This document shows positions 34,802-43,399 of a stretch of DNA of 64,000 nt, in pieces; the stretch's first letter is position 1; each line of letters starts with the position of its first letter. The notes beneath the pieces were generated by a model. It was not told the origin of the DNA, ran no database searches, and worked only from the letters and a program-made list of their open reading frames with translations. The stretch comes from an uncultured Ruminococcus sp. (GTDB lineage Bacteria; Bacillota; Clostridia; Monoglobales; Monoglobaceae). The position numbers were made by a program, and so were the translations under genes. The DNA is taken from contig CADBUP010000171.1 in NCBI GenBank assembly GCA_902797885.1, forward strand, positions 17,687 to 81,686, read 5' to 3'.

Positions 34802-35584
34802 ATGTATAATTTCGATCCTGCTGAGGCAAGAAATATTCTGGTTGAGTCAATTCGCAAAACTGTGCATATGTTAGGATCCAACAAGGTTGTAATTGGCATT
34901 TCCGGCGGCAAAGACTCCACAATTACTGCCGCATTGTGCGCTCGCGCACTAGGCAAAGAAAATGTATATGGAGTAATGCTTCCCGATGGAGAGCAATGCG
35001 ATATAGCGGATAGCATTCGTGTTTGTAATGCTTTGGGAATTCACCGTATAATTGTGAACATTCGAGAGATGCATAAAGATCTATTGCGTGAAATAGACTT
35101 TTCAAATTGTGATCCGCATACAGATAATTTTCTTGTCGATTATTCCAAAGAAGCTGATATTAACGTAGCTCCACGACTTCGTATGACGGTGCTCCGATAT
35201 ATCACGCAGGCACTGGGCGCTCGGCTGGCTGGAACAGGGAATCTGTCTGAAATCACTGTTGGCTACTGTACCAAGGACGGCGACACTTCCTGTGATTTTT
35301 CCGTTCTTGGTGGACTTACCAGCGTCGAAGTTGTCCAGGTTGGTTTAACGATGCCGGAAATTCCTCGTGATTTGGTTGTGAAGACTCCAACGGATGGACT
35401 CTCTGGAGTAAGTGACGAAGAAAAGCTTGGAATTTCTTACGACGACATTCATCATTATATTCGGAAAGACCAGGAAATTCCTAAAGTAGTGGCTGATAAA
35501 ATTGCAACAATGGAAAAGAAGAATTTTCATAAGCGTTTCCCGCCGCTGGTTATCTATAATGTGGAATGGCCGAACATTTTATAA
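34802..35584 (+). CDS. nadE: NH3-dependent NAD+ synthetase
   Basis: VVIGISGGKDSTITAAL PP-loop (SGGxDS). GVMLP. GTGNLSE...GYCTKDGD. Confidence 0.8.
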   Translation: MYNFDPAEARNILVESIRKTVHMLGSNKVVIGISGGKDSTITAALCARALGKENVYGVMLPDGEQCDIADSIRVCNALGIHRIIVNIREMHKDLLREIDFSNCDPHTDNFLVDYSKEADINVAPRLRMTVLRYITQALGARLAGTGNLSEITVGYCTKDGDTSCDFSVLGGLTSVEVVQVGLTMPEIPRDLVVKTPTDGLSGVSDEEKLGISYDDIHHYIRKDQEIPKVVADKIATMEKKNFHKRFPPLVIYNVEWPNIL

Positions 35585-35595
35585 AGGAGATTACA

Positions 35596-36228
35596 ATGGA
35601 AAAGGTTTTAGCCTTCTTTGGAGCGTTTAATCCACCAACAAAGGCTCATGTAGAACTGGCTAAGTTTGCCGCCGAGAAAACCGAACGTGATCGCGTTATC
35701 TTTATTCCGTCAAAATCTGAATACATCACAACAGAACAAAAGAAGAATTTCAGTTTCTCAGATGAAGAACGCCTCGATATGTTATACGAAGTATATGAGA
35801 AGAATTCTGATTGGATGTTATTTACCGATCATGACATTCTGTCTGAAACGCAGCCGAGATCTTATGAAACGCTCAAGTGGCTGAGAGACGAAAAGGATTA
35901 CGATCCTACGCTTCTTATTGGCGCTGATCAATTCTTTGACATGGAAGAGCATTGGAAGAACGTCCCAGAAATAGCCAAAGAATTTGGAATTGTTGTGCTT
36001 ACAAGAAGAGCCTTTTCCATTGACGCTATCATGCAGCACTCTGCGTTCTATAAAGAAATTAAGCCTCATGTACAGGTTGTGGAAACACCAAAGAATACAA
36101 GAAATGTTTCTTCTTCGTGGATCAGAAATAATATGATTGAAGTCCAGGAGCGGCTTCGCTACCTAAAGACGGATTTAACACCGGAAATTTACGATTATAT
36201 CAAGGAGTGCTACCTATATGAAATTTGA
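35596..36228 (+). CDS. nadD: nicotinate(-amide) mononucleotide adenylyltransferase
   Basis: FFGAFNPPTKAH ((H/T)xGH-type motif) and VSSSWIRN (ISSTxxR motif). AAGGAG RBS. Confidence 0.75.
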   Translation: MEKVLAFFGAFNPPTKAHVELAKFAAEKTERDRVIFIPSKSEYITTEQKKNFSFSDEERLDMLYEVYEKNSDWMLFTDHDILSETQPRSYETLKWLRDEKDYDPTLLIGADQFFDMEEHWKNVPEIAKEFGIVVLTRRAFSIDAIMQHSAFYKEIKPHVQVVETPKNTRNVSSSWIRNNMIEVQERLRYLKTDLTPEIYDYIKECYLYEI

Positions 36229-37432
36229 GCCAATAATTGATTCGCTGCTATCGACCGATCTTTATAAATTCAACATGCAACAGGTTATGTTTCATAAACA
36301 CACGGATTTATCTGGCACATACCTGTTTAAATGCCGCAATAAGGATGTTGTGTTTACTTATGAGATGCTGGATGAGATCAATGAGCAAATCGATCATCTA
36401 TGCACATTGACATTTCAGGAAGACGAACTGAATTATCTGCGGTCTATTCGGTTTATCAAATCGGACTATGTTGAATTTCTGCGGCTGTGGCGTCCTATCA
36501 GAGACTATGTGTATACCTGGTTGACTCCTAATGGAGAGTTAAATATTGAAGTCAGCGGGCCGCTGTTCTCCTGTATGCAGTTTGAAATTTACTTACTTGA
36601 AATCGTCAATGAAGTATACTTCAGAACGAAGTATGCGGATCAGTGGGCATACGTCATGAACTCAGCATATGACCGGCTTAATGATAAGATCGCTCGCTTC
36701 AATGATGGCACTTATACGTTTAAGTTTGCAGAGTTTGGCTGCCGCAGACGGCTATCCCGTTCCTGGGAAGACACCGTAGTAAGCCGGCTGGCGAAAGAAA
36801 CGAACAATATGGTTGGGACCAGCAACGTATATCTGGCTAAGAAATATGGGCTTACACCTATTGGAACTTTCGCGCATGAATTTGTCCAAATGTATCAGGG
36901 AATCCCTAAGATCCCGTTGGCCTATACCAACTACTATGCCCTCAAAGATTGGTACAACGAATACAAGGGCGACAATGGAACAGCACTGACCGACACTATT
37001 ACCACTGATCTGTTCCTTCTGGACTTTGACCGTTCTATGTGCAACAACTTTACCGGTGTTCGTCATGACAGCGGCGACCCTTACGAGTGGGGCGAAAAGA
37101 TCATTCGTCACTATGAAAAGTACGGAATTGATCCGAAAACAAAGACGCTATTGTTCTCAGATTCTTTGAATTTTGACAAGGCTCAGGCGCTGTACGATCA
37201 CTTCAAAGACAGAACAAAGGTATCGTTTGGCATTGGAACTTATGTTTCTAACGATACGATGGTCGAACCGTTGAATATCGTAATTAAATTACAATCTGTC
37301 AACGGAAATCCTGTAGCAAAGCTGTCAGACTCTGAAGGAAAAACTATGTGTCAGGATGAAAATTACGTCCAGTATCTTCGTAACGCTGTAAAATTCAGGT
37401 TAGACAGAGAAGGAAGCAGCTATGGAACCTAA
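36218..37432 (+). CDS. pncB: nicotinate phosphoribosyltransferase
   Basis: TDLYKFNMQQ, EFGCRRR, GTSNV, FAHEFVQ and RHDSGDP, the classic NaPRTase blocks. Confidence 0.8.
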   Translation: MKFEPIIDSLLSTDLYKFNMQQVMFHKHTDLSGTYLFKCRNKDVVFTYEMLDEINEQIDHLCTLTFQEDELNYLRSIRFIKSDYVEFLRLWRPIRDYVYTWLTPNGELNIEVSGPLFSCMQFEIYLLEIVNEVYFRTKYADQWAYVMNSAYDRLNDKIARFNDGTYTFKFAEFGCRRRLSRSWEDTVVSRLAKETNNMVGTSNVYLAKKYGLTPIGTFAHEFVQMYQGIPKIPLAYTNYYALKDWYNEYKGDNGTALTDTITTDLFLLDFDRSMCNNFTGVRHDSGDPYEWGEKIIRHYEKYGIDPKTKTLLFSDSLNFDKAQALYDHFKDRTKVSFGIGTYVSNDTMVEPLNIVIKLQSVNGNPVAKLSDSEGKTMCQDENYVQYLRNAVKFRLDREGSSYGT

Positions 37433-37787
37433 ATGGTTATATCGACTGGAAAGTACAGATCCTTCCAAAGGACTTTGGTATAATGCCGCTGGTGATTATG
37501 TTTGGACCATTGGCACGCTGCCAGATTGCCAAACCAAAGATCTCCCTATGGGATATGACGAACGTTACAGAAGAAATGGCAGGCACTGGTATTCATCTTG
37601 TTCCAATCCAGAAGATTTGGCGCACTGGTTTTCGTTGAACGATGCATTAAAACTTATGGAGAAAGGATTTCGGTTTATGAGGTATTTAGCTACTGAATAC
37701 ACCGAATATTCTTTGGAAACTGTTTTCATTAAAGATACGTGTTTAGACTGCCAACCAGTCGATCCACGTACTTTATATCAGGAGTAA
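37422..37787 (+). CDS. hypothetical protein co-operonic with pncB
   Basis: Overlaps pncB by 11 nt. 121 aa. No motif. Confidence 0.6.
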   Translation: MEPKWLYRLESTDPSKGLWYNAAGDYVWTIGTLPDCQTKDLPMGYDERYRRNGRHWYSSCSNPEDLAHWFSLNDALKLMEKGFRFMRYLATEYTEYSLETVFIKDTCLDCQPVDPRTLYQE

Positions 37788-37789
37788 TT

Positions 37790-38122
37790 ATGACTGTACT
37801 CTTTTTTAAAGTGGAAGATGTTTTAAATTTCCCCGAAACAGAAGCTCGATCTCCAACTGACAGACTTGGAATTGTAGACAAGCTCGTAAAAAATTTACAA
37901 AAAGAGCTCCAGGATCTCGGTCCTGGGGCTCAACTTGTTTTGTACGGAGACTGGGCAAAAGACTGGAATTTTGACAACGACTTATGCACTGCCGACGGAA
38001 AATATTTAAACAGAAAACTTGATCGCAGAGGTCTTCATATTATGGATAAAGCAGAAGGCATAAATCCGATCGTCAACTACATCGAAAAGAAACATGTTGA
38101 TCATCACAAAATATTAGCGTAA
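37790..38122 (+). CDS. hypothetical protein
   Basis: AGGAG RBS. ATG 37790. Confidence 0.55.
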   Translation: MTVLFFKVEDVLNFPETEARSPTDRLGIVDKLVKNLQKELQDLGPGAQLVLYGDWAKDWNFDNDLCTADGKYLNRKLDRRGLHIMDKAEGINPIVNYIEKKHVDHHKILA

Positions 38123-38136
38123 AGGAGAAAAGAAAA

Positions 38137-38370
38137 ATGCGTGACGAATGTATTTATCCTGAAATCTATATTCAGATGTACCGCCGAAATCTTGACAGTA
38201 AGGAACTGGCAAACTTAACTGGAATCAACTATACGTCTCTTCGCAGAAAAATGCGCGGCATCACACCGTTCAAGTTAGACGAAGCAAAATTAATTCAGAA
38301 AGCGCTTAATTGCAGGGCAACACTGGATGAGCTCTTTGATACAATTAAAAGTGAAGACACGGTAGGGTAA
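38137..38370 (+). CDS. HTH (Cro/CI-like) DNA-binding protein
   Basis: ELANLTGINYTSLRRKMRG helix-turn-helix. Confidence 0.55.
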   Translation: MRDECIYPEIYIQMYRRNLDSKELANLTGINYTSLRRKMRGITPFKLDEAKLIQKALNCRATLDELFDTIKSEDTVG

Positions 38371-38372
38371 TA

Positions 38373-38582
38373 ATGGGTGTATCAGATTTGTTAATAGGAT
38401 TGAATCCTGATATAAACAAAAGAAAAAATGTTATCAGAATGATCAAAGCGAATAATGGGTACTGCATCAGTCAGCCTGGTAAATCGCAAGATACAAAATG
38501 CCACTGTAAACGATTTAAAGAAACAGGCGAGTGCTTATGCGGTCTGTTTTTAACCTTACAAGTAGTAGAAGTTGAACATTAA
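38373..38582 (+). CDS. hypothetical small Cys-rich protein
   Basis: 69 aa. CHCKRFKETGECLCG. Confidence 0.5.
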   Translation: MGVSDLLIGLNPDINKRKNVIRMIKANNGYCISQPGKSQDTKCHCKRFKETGECLCGLFLTLQVVEVEH

Positions 38583-38593
38583 AGAGGAACGCT

Positions 38594-38923
38594 ATGAAGC
38601 TAGAAAATGAATATAGTATTCTTGTCCTGCTACTGCGCAAAATAGTTGAAGCACCAAGGCTTTCTCAACGTAAAAAGTTAGAGACAATCTTCATCCAGCG
38701 GCTGAATCAGTTTAAAAAACATATCCAGCAGGTGGATGAAAAAATAAATCGCATCGCCGATCAGGTAGCACCGAAAAAAGAAACGAGCCAGTTCGAACAA
38801 GACTACTTGAAATATGACAAGATAATGGATTGTTTTCGGTACGTTCCTAAATTAGATCCTGATAGTATATTATATAAATTTAATTTTAAGGAAGGCGGCA
38901 ACAATGAAAATAGAAACGCTTGA
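38594..38923 (+). CDS. hypothetical protein
   Basis: 109 aa. GAGGA RBS. Confidence 0.55.
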   Translation: MKLENEYSILVLLLRKIVEAPRLSQRKKLETIFIQRLNQFKKHIQQVDEKINRIADQVAPKKETSQFEQDYLKYDKIMDCFRYVPKLDPDSILYKFNFKEGGNNENRNA

Positions 38924-39530
38924 TGTTCACGGATTTGAACCGGCGATAATCGCCATGAGAAATCCATTTAATAGCTGGCCCAAATCAGACAGTTGGCGAG
39001 ACGATCCTGATTTTCATATTGGGGAGGCCGATAAAGCACTATCTTTAAAACTTCAGAAGGCCGGACCGGAACACTGTAAACATCTGCGAATGATCATAGT
39101 TTGGACAGACATAATAGCTGATTTTACTTTTTGGAAGCAGTTTGACACATATAGAGCTGGAATAGAAAAAGTATCAACGTCTACAATGCATAAACTTATG
39201 TCTCGCAAACTTACAATGAATGATTTTTCTGCTATTGAAGGCAAATATGGAAAATATTGGCCTTCTGATCTTGTTGCAGCCGTAGGCGCAATCAATATGA
39301 TGATCGAGAAATATAAAGCTTGTGATGATCCAGAGCAAAAGAAAGAGATTTGGCAAGAAGCTGTCAACCTCCTTCCTAATTCATATCTTCAAAAACGAAC
39401 CGTCATGATGTCATACGCTGCTATTAGAAATATTGTTAGGCAGCGCGAGGGTCATAAACTTGGAGAATGGAAAAAGTTTATCGACTGGGCAAAAGAGCTG
39501 CCAGAATCCTGGATGATTTTCGATGAATAA
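38904..39530 (+). CDS. ThyX (Thy1)-like fold protein, divergent (RHR box replaced by TYR)
   Basis: GPEHCKHLRMIIVWTDIIADFTFWKQFDTYR and LPNSYLQKRTVMMSYAAIRNIVRQR follow the ThyX layout, but the RHRxxS signature is not intact. Confidence 0.45.
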   Translation: MKIETLDVHGFEPAIIAMRNPFNSWPKSDSWRDDPDFHIGEADKALSLKLQKAGPEHCKHLRMIIVWTDIIADFTFWKQFDTYRAGIEKVSTSTMHKLMSRKLTMNDFSAIEGKYGKYWPSDLVAAVGAINMMIEKYKACDDPEQKKEIWQEAVNLLPNSYLQKRTVMMSYAAIRNIVRQREGHKLGEWKKFIDWAKELPESWMIFDE

Positions 39531-39539
39531 GGAGTCGTA

Positions 39540-39749
39540 ATGGAACTTGTAAGAATAAAAGATTCTAAATATACACAGTATATCCACGCTGCGCTAATTG
39601 AAGGTTTTTATTTTGACGGCTACAAAACAATCATTACGACGGCCGGAGGTTGTTCCTATTGCTTCAACGACGACATAACTCAAGAATTGGCTAAGGTACT
39701 GACAAACAGCGTAGGAATCAAAACAATTGTAGTTGATAAACAGGAGTGA
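39540..39749 (+). CDS. hypothetical small protein
   Basis: 69 aa. AAGGAG RBS. Confidence 0.55.
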   Translation: MELVRIKDSKYTQYIHAALIEGFYFDGYKTIITTAGGCSYCFNDDITQELAKVLTNSVGIKTIVVDKQE

Positions 39750-39754
39750 TTAAC

Positions 39755-40327
39755 GTGGGTTACAAAAGGCTTTCACAACAGCAAATCGACGAAATATGCG
39801 AACTAAGCCAAGCAGGATTTTCCAATAAGGATATATCTGTTGAGCTTGGCATTGCTCAGCATACAGTAGCAAAGTATGTTGGAATAAAGCACAAACGGTC
39901 AAATATCACCGAAGACGTAATCAAACAAATGCAGTCGCTACGGTCGAAAGGATTAAGCAATTCACAGATTGCTTTAGAGCTTGGCATGTCAAAAACGACC
40001 GTAGATAACCACATTGGACTGCAGAAAAGTATGAACAGAGCTGTATACGGCAGCTTAGTTGCTTATTCAACAGGAGATTCATTTGTAAAGGAAAGTAAAA
40101 TGAGTACTGGAAAGCTGAAGCAAACTAAAACATCGGTTTCCTGGGATGGTAAAGAATATAGTTATAAGGCCAGCACAGATGGACAAATCAGAATTACCAG
40201 TCCTACTGGAGTTGCCACGTCGTTTACTCGTGATCAGTTCCTCACTTTTATGGCCGAGCTAAGCGAGGTTCTCGACTGGGTTGAAGAAAACAGTAAAAAG
40301 GAATCCGTTATGCTGTATCATCAATAA
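39755..40327 (+). CDS. protein with two tandem HTH (sigma region-4/LuxR-like) repeats; regulator or small-terminase-like
   Basis: AGFSNKDISVELGIAQHTVAKYVG and KGLSNSQIALELGMSKTTVDNHIG. GTG 39755 lies 8 nt after AGGAG. Confidence 0.55.
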   Translation: MGYKRLSQQQIDEICELSQAGFSNKDISVELGIAQHTVAKYVGIKHKRSNITEDVIKQMQSLRSKGLSNSQIALELGMSKTTVDNHIGLQKSMNRAVYGSLVAYSTGDSFVKESKMSTGKLKQTKTSVSWDGKEYSYKASTDGQIRITSPTGVATSFTRDQFLTFMAELSEVLDWVEENSKKESVMLYHQ

Positions 40328-40338
40328 CAAAGCAATAT

Positions 40339-40506
40339 GAGAATTGCTTTGCTTATCCGGTACACGGATCTGTCGGTGTAATCAGCAGAACAAAGAGGTT
40401 ACTTATCTTCAGGAAAGACTCATTACTGAGCTTTCCTGAAGAATCTATTGGAATAAAATATTGTTCGGAAAGGCTTAGAACAACATTTTATTAGAAAGCA
40501 ATTCTC
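40339..40506 (+). other. closed multi-hairpin element (two internal hairpins enclosed by a 12-bp stem)
   Basis: GAGAATTGCTTT (40339-40350) pairs with AAAGCAATTCTC (40495-40506). Inner hairpins are CTTCAGGAAAG...CTTTCCTGAAG (about 40407-40440) and AATAAAATATTGTT...AACAACATTTTATT (about 40453-40492). Confidence 0.5.
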
Positions 40507-40519
40507 AAAAGGTGAAGAT

Positions 40520-41059
40520 ATGATTGGAAAATTAAAAGACCTCACAATGAATAGGGATGGAACACAGAATATTACTATAACTGTTCAAGCCGATTTTCGG
40601 GAAGAGTTTGATGAACTGGCCGATAAAGACGTTTCAATAGAAATTAAAAAATATAGCGTTCATCGATCGATGGATGCCAATAATTATTTATGGCATCTAT
40701 GTTCAGAAATAGCGAAAAAAACATCGAAATATTCTACTTCGAGTAAAAATGATATTTACAAAGAGGCAATTAAAGCAAAGGGAGAATTTGAACCACTTGT
40801 AATAAGAAAAGAAGCAGTGCAAAAATTCTTAGACAGGTGGGCAGAAAAAGGTATCGGCTGGTTTGCTGAAGTTATTGATGACTATAAAGACGAATATAAA
40901 ATTGTTCATGCTTTTTATGGGAGCTCCACATACGATTCAACAGCAATGAGCAAAATATTGGATTACGTTATCTTAATTGCAAACGATTTAAACATACCGA
41001 CAATGACCCCTAAAGAAAAAGAAAGACTTTTGATTGCTTGGAATAAAAAAAGAAGGTGA
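40520..41059 (+). CDS. ninB: NinB/Orf-family recombination mediator
   Basis: KYSVHRSMDANNYLWHLCSEIAKK and YGSSTYDSTAMSKILDYVILIANDLNI parallel lambda NinB RNRSLDQNRKLWACLGDVSRQ and GQSTSRMRVGEFAELLELIQAFG (recalled from memory). Confidence 0.55.
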   Translation: MIGKLKDLTMNRDGTQNITITVQADFREEFDELADKDVSIEIKKYSVHRSMDANNYLWHLCSEIAKKTSKYSTSSKNDIYKEAIKAKGEFEPLVIRKEAVQKFLDRWAEKGIGWFAEVIDDYKDEYKIVHAFYGSSTYDSTAMSKILDYVILIANDLNIPTMTPKEKERLLIAWNKKRR

Positions 41060-41065
41060 TGTATC

Positions 41066-41821
41066 GTGAACGATTCAGATCCAACAACCGAAATATGGAA
41101 ACCAATATTAGGATATGAAGGTTTATATGAGGTTAGCAATTTAGGAAAAGTACGAAGTTTAAATTGGAAAAACAAAAAAGGAGTAGTTCATGAACTTACA
41201 TATAAACTTACTAGAAATTATTTTAGCGTTGGACTAACAAAACAAGGAAAACAAAAATGGCATAAAGTACATCGATTAGTTGCGACTGCTTTTATAGACA
41301 ATCCAGAAAATAAACCTCAAGTAAATCATAAAGATTGCAACAAGTTAAATAATTGCGTCTCTAATTTGGAATGGTGCACAGCAAGTGAAAATATGAGACA
41401 CGCAGAAAACAATGGATTAATGGAAGCAGCGCACGCGGCAATTGTTAAAGCTTGTCGTAAAAAAGGATGGCCTGGAGTAAAAGCAAGCGTAGAATCCGCT
41501 CGAAAAACAGGATGGAGCCATATGAAAGATATTAGTAAAAAAGGAGCCGCTGCAGCTAAAAAAGCACGTTCGAAACCAGTCGCCGCTTTTAATATTAACG
41601 GTGAGCTTGAACATACTTTTGAAAGTGCTACTGAGGCTGAAAAAAATGGATTTTCTTCACAAGCTATAAGCGCATGCTGTTTAGGGAAAAGAAAAACGCA
41701 TAAAGGATTCATCTGGTGTTTCATAGAAACTCTTGGAATTCCAACTATGACACCAGCAGAAAAAGAAAAGCTGCTTATGCAATGGAGTAAGAAAACTGAA
41801 AAGAAAAGCTCGGCTGCATAA
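41066..41821 (+). CDS. free-standing HNH homing endonuclease (NUMOD4 + HNH_3-like) carrying a duplicated NinB C-terminal tail
   Basis: WKPILGYEGLYEVSNLGKVRS (NUMOD4). VHRLVATAF...VNHKDCNKLNNCVSNLEWCTASENMRHA (HNH). The last 30 aa, LGIPTMTPAEKEKLLMQWSKK, duplicate NinB LNIPTMTPKEKERLLIAWNKK. Confidence 0.75.
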   Translation: MNDSDPTTEIWKPILGYEGLYEVSNLGKVRSLNWKNKKGVVHELTYKLTRNYFSVGLTKQGKQKWHKVHRLVATAFIDNPENKPQVNHKDCNKLNNCVSNLEWCTASENMRHAENNGLMEAAHAAIVKACRKKGWPGVKASVESARKTGWSHMKDISKKGAAAAKKARSKPVAAFNINGELEHTFESATEAEKNGFSSQAISACCLGKRKTHKGFIWCFIETLGIPTMTPAEKEKLLMQWSKKTEKKSSAA

Positions 41822-41840
41822 AAAGGTGGTGATGCAATAT

Positions 41841-42119
41841 ATGTCGGACAGTATTATGCAGGATAAAGAAGAATGTTATGTAAGCGGATCCAGAATCAAT
41901 TTAGACCGGCATCATTAGCATTGTTTGCACGGAACAGCTAATAGAAAGCTCGCTGAAAAGTGGGGGCTGTGGGTATGGCTAAGGCACGATATTCATATGG
42001 ATATTCATGAAAGAAACAAGAAACTCGACAGAGAGTTAGAGCAGGACGCTCAGCGGGCTTTTGAAGCTAAATACAGTCATGAAAAATTTTTAGAAATTTT
42101 CAGAAAAAATTATTTATAA
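41841..42119 (+). pseudogene. small His/Cys-motif protein gene with in-frame TAG (41916-41918)
   Basis: MSDSIMQDKEECYVSGSRINLDRHH*HCLHGTANRKLAEKWGLWVWLRHDIH... AAAGGTGGTG RBS before ATG 41841. Only the 3' part (41925-42119) is an uninterrupted ORF. Confidence 0.45.
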
Positions 42120-42134
42120 CCGGGAGATTGATTA

Positions 42135-42422
42135 ATGATCGAAACTGTAAAAAGAGAACCTGTTTTTCATGTTGGCTGCAGTGAACTTACTGGAGCAATT
42201 TATGCCGGAATAATCAATAAAAAAGGAACTAAATGGCTAAAGCAAACTGACGTTACGCAAGAAGCGCTTGCTGCTGTCAGAGATCATTTTATGAATGCGT
42301 ACTCCAGTCAAAAAGAACCGGTAGGTACTGTCGGTTATCAATGGACAACAAAAGATGGCAAAACAATAACTTTGCAGTTAAATATAGCGGAAACTCATGA
42401 AAGAAGTGATTTAATTGCCTGA
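42135..42422 (+). CDS. hypothetical protein
   Basis: GGGAG RBS. 95 aa. Confidence 0.55.
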   Translation: MIETVKREPVFHVGCSELTGAIYAGIINKKGTKWLKQTDVTQEALAAVRDHFMNAYSSQKEPVGTVGYQWTTKDGKTITLQLNIAETHERSDLIA

Positions 42423-42714
42423 CTTAAATAATACAACAAGTTATCAATGGTCTACATATATAGTTCCAACGCAGACATATAACATTGTCGATGGAACCAT
42501 TGAATATAATCCTACTTTAACAAACATGACATCTGAATATATGGATACGAAAACATATATAAGAGACATAGTTGAAGAAGTTTTATCGAGTTCCCGCATT
42601 AAGGAATTAGACGATCTCAAAGGAAAAGTCAGATATTTAGAATGCTTAATAGTAGATCTTCAGCGAAAGATTGAAGCGCTAACTGAGACTGTATTATTCG
42701 ATAAACAATCTTAG
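42415..42714 (+). CDS. hypothetical coiled-coil protein (TTG start uncertain)
   Basis: ORF overlaps the previous gene by 8 nt. Confidence 0.4.
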   Translation: MPDLNNTTSYQWSTYIVPTQTYNIVDGTIEYNPTLTNMTSEYMDTKTYIRDIVEEVLSSSRIKELDDLKGKVRYLECLIVDLQRKIEALTETVLFDKQS

Positions 42715-42722
42715 GTGTTATT

Positions 42723-43157
42723 ATGAAGAATAAAGAAGAAAAAATCATTTTAGAAATGACAAGAGAGCAAGCTTTAACTATTGAAATAGCCTGTGAGCTA
42801 CTGGCTCGGCTACATATTGGGCAGTTCAAAGAACTTACAAATATTCTGTTGCCTATTCATGGAACAGACGCAAATGATTACTGCCGTCGCCGAGATGACG
42901 CAAATGATGCGCTTGACTTGGCCGCAAAATTAATGTTCGGCAGAACGCCATACAACACGCCAAATATTACAAAAAAAACAGAAGAACATAATCGAGCCTG
43001 GAATATTTATCAAGTCCTTCGTTACACCAGAAGTTGGCACGACCATCCAGAAGGTGACCACTGGAGTGTATGTTTTGACGAACCAATGAATATGATCGCT
43101 GGCGAACCGCTGCCGAAATGCAAAATTGTAAAGAACGAACAAGACAATAACACGTAA
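42723..43157 (+). CDS. hypothetical protein
   Basis: 144 aa. ATG 42723. Confidence 0.55.
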   Translation: MKNKEEKIILEMTREQALTIEIACELLARLHIGQFKELTNILLPIHGTDANDYCRRRDDANDALDLAAKLMFGRTPYNTPNITKKTEEHNRAWNIYQVLRYTRSWHDHPEGDHWSVCFDEPMNMIAGEPLPKCKIVKNEQDNNT

Positions 43158-43174
43158 AGAAGTGTGTATATTGT

Positions 43175-43399
43175 ATGGCTACAAAAATTTATTGTGCTTC
43201 TATTGATTGTAAATTTTGCAACGAAAAGGGAGTCTGTACGGCTAAGAACGTTGAGTTGAGCTGGCACAGTGTGATGACAGTATACGAAGGACGACAGTAT
43301 TTCAATAAGTGTAAAACTTATGAACTAAGTGAAGAAGCAAAAGAAATATATGGAAAGGTGAGAGATTATTTTGAAAATTACGTGGGACAAAGAAAATAG
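43175..43399 (+). CDS. hypothetical small Cys-rich protein
   Basis: CASIDCKFCNEKGVC motif. 74 aa. Confidence 0.5.
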   Translation: MATKIYCASIDCKFCNEKGVCTAKNVELSWHSVMTVYEGRQYFNKCKTYELSEEAKEIYGKVRDYFENYVGQRK

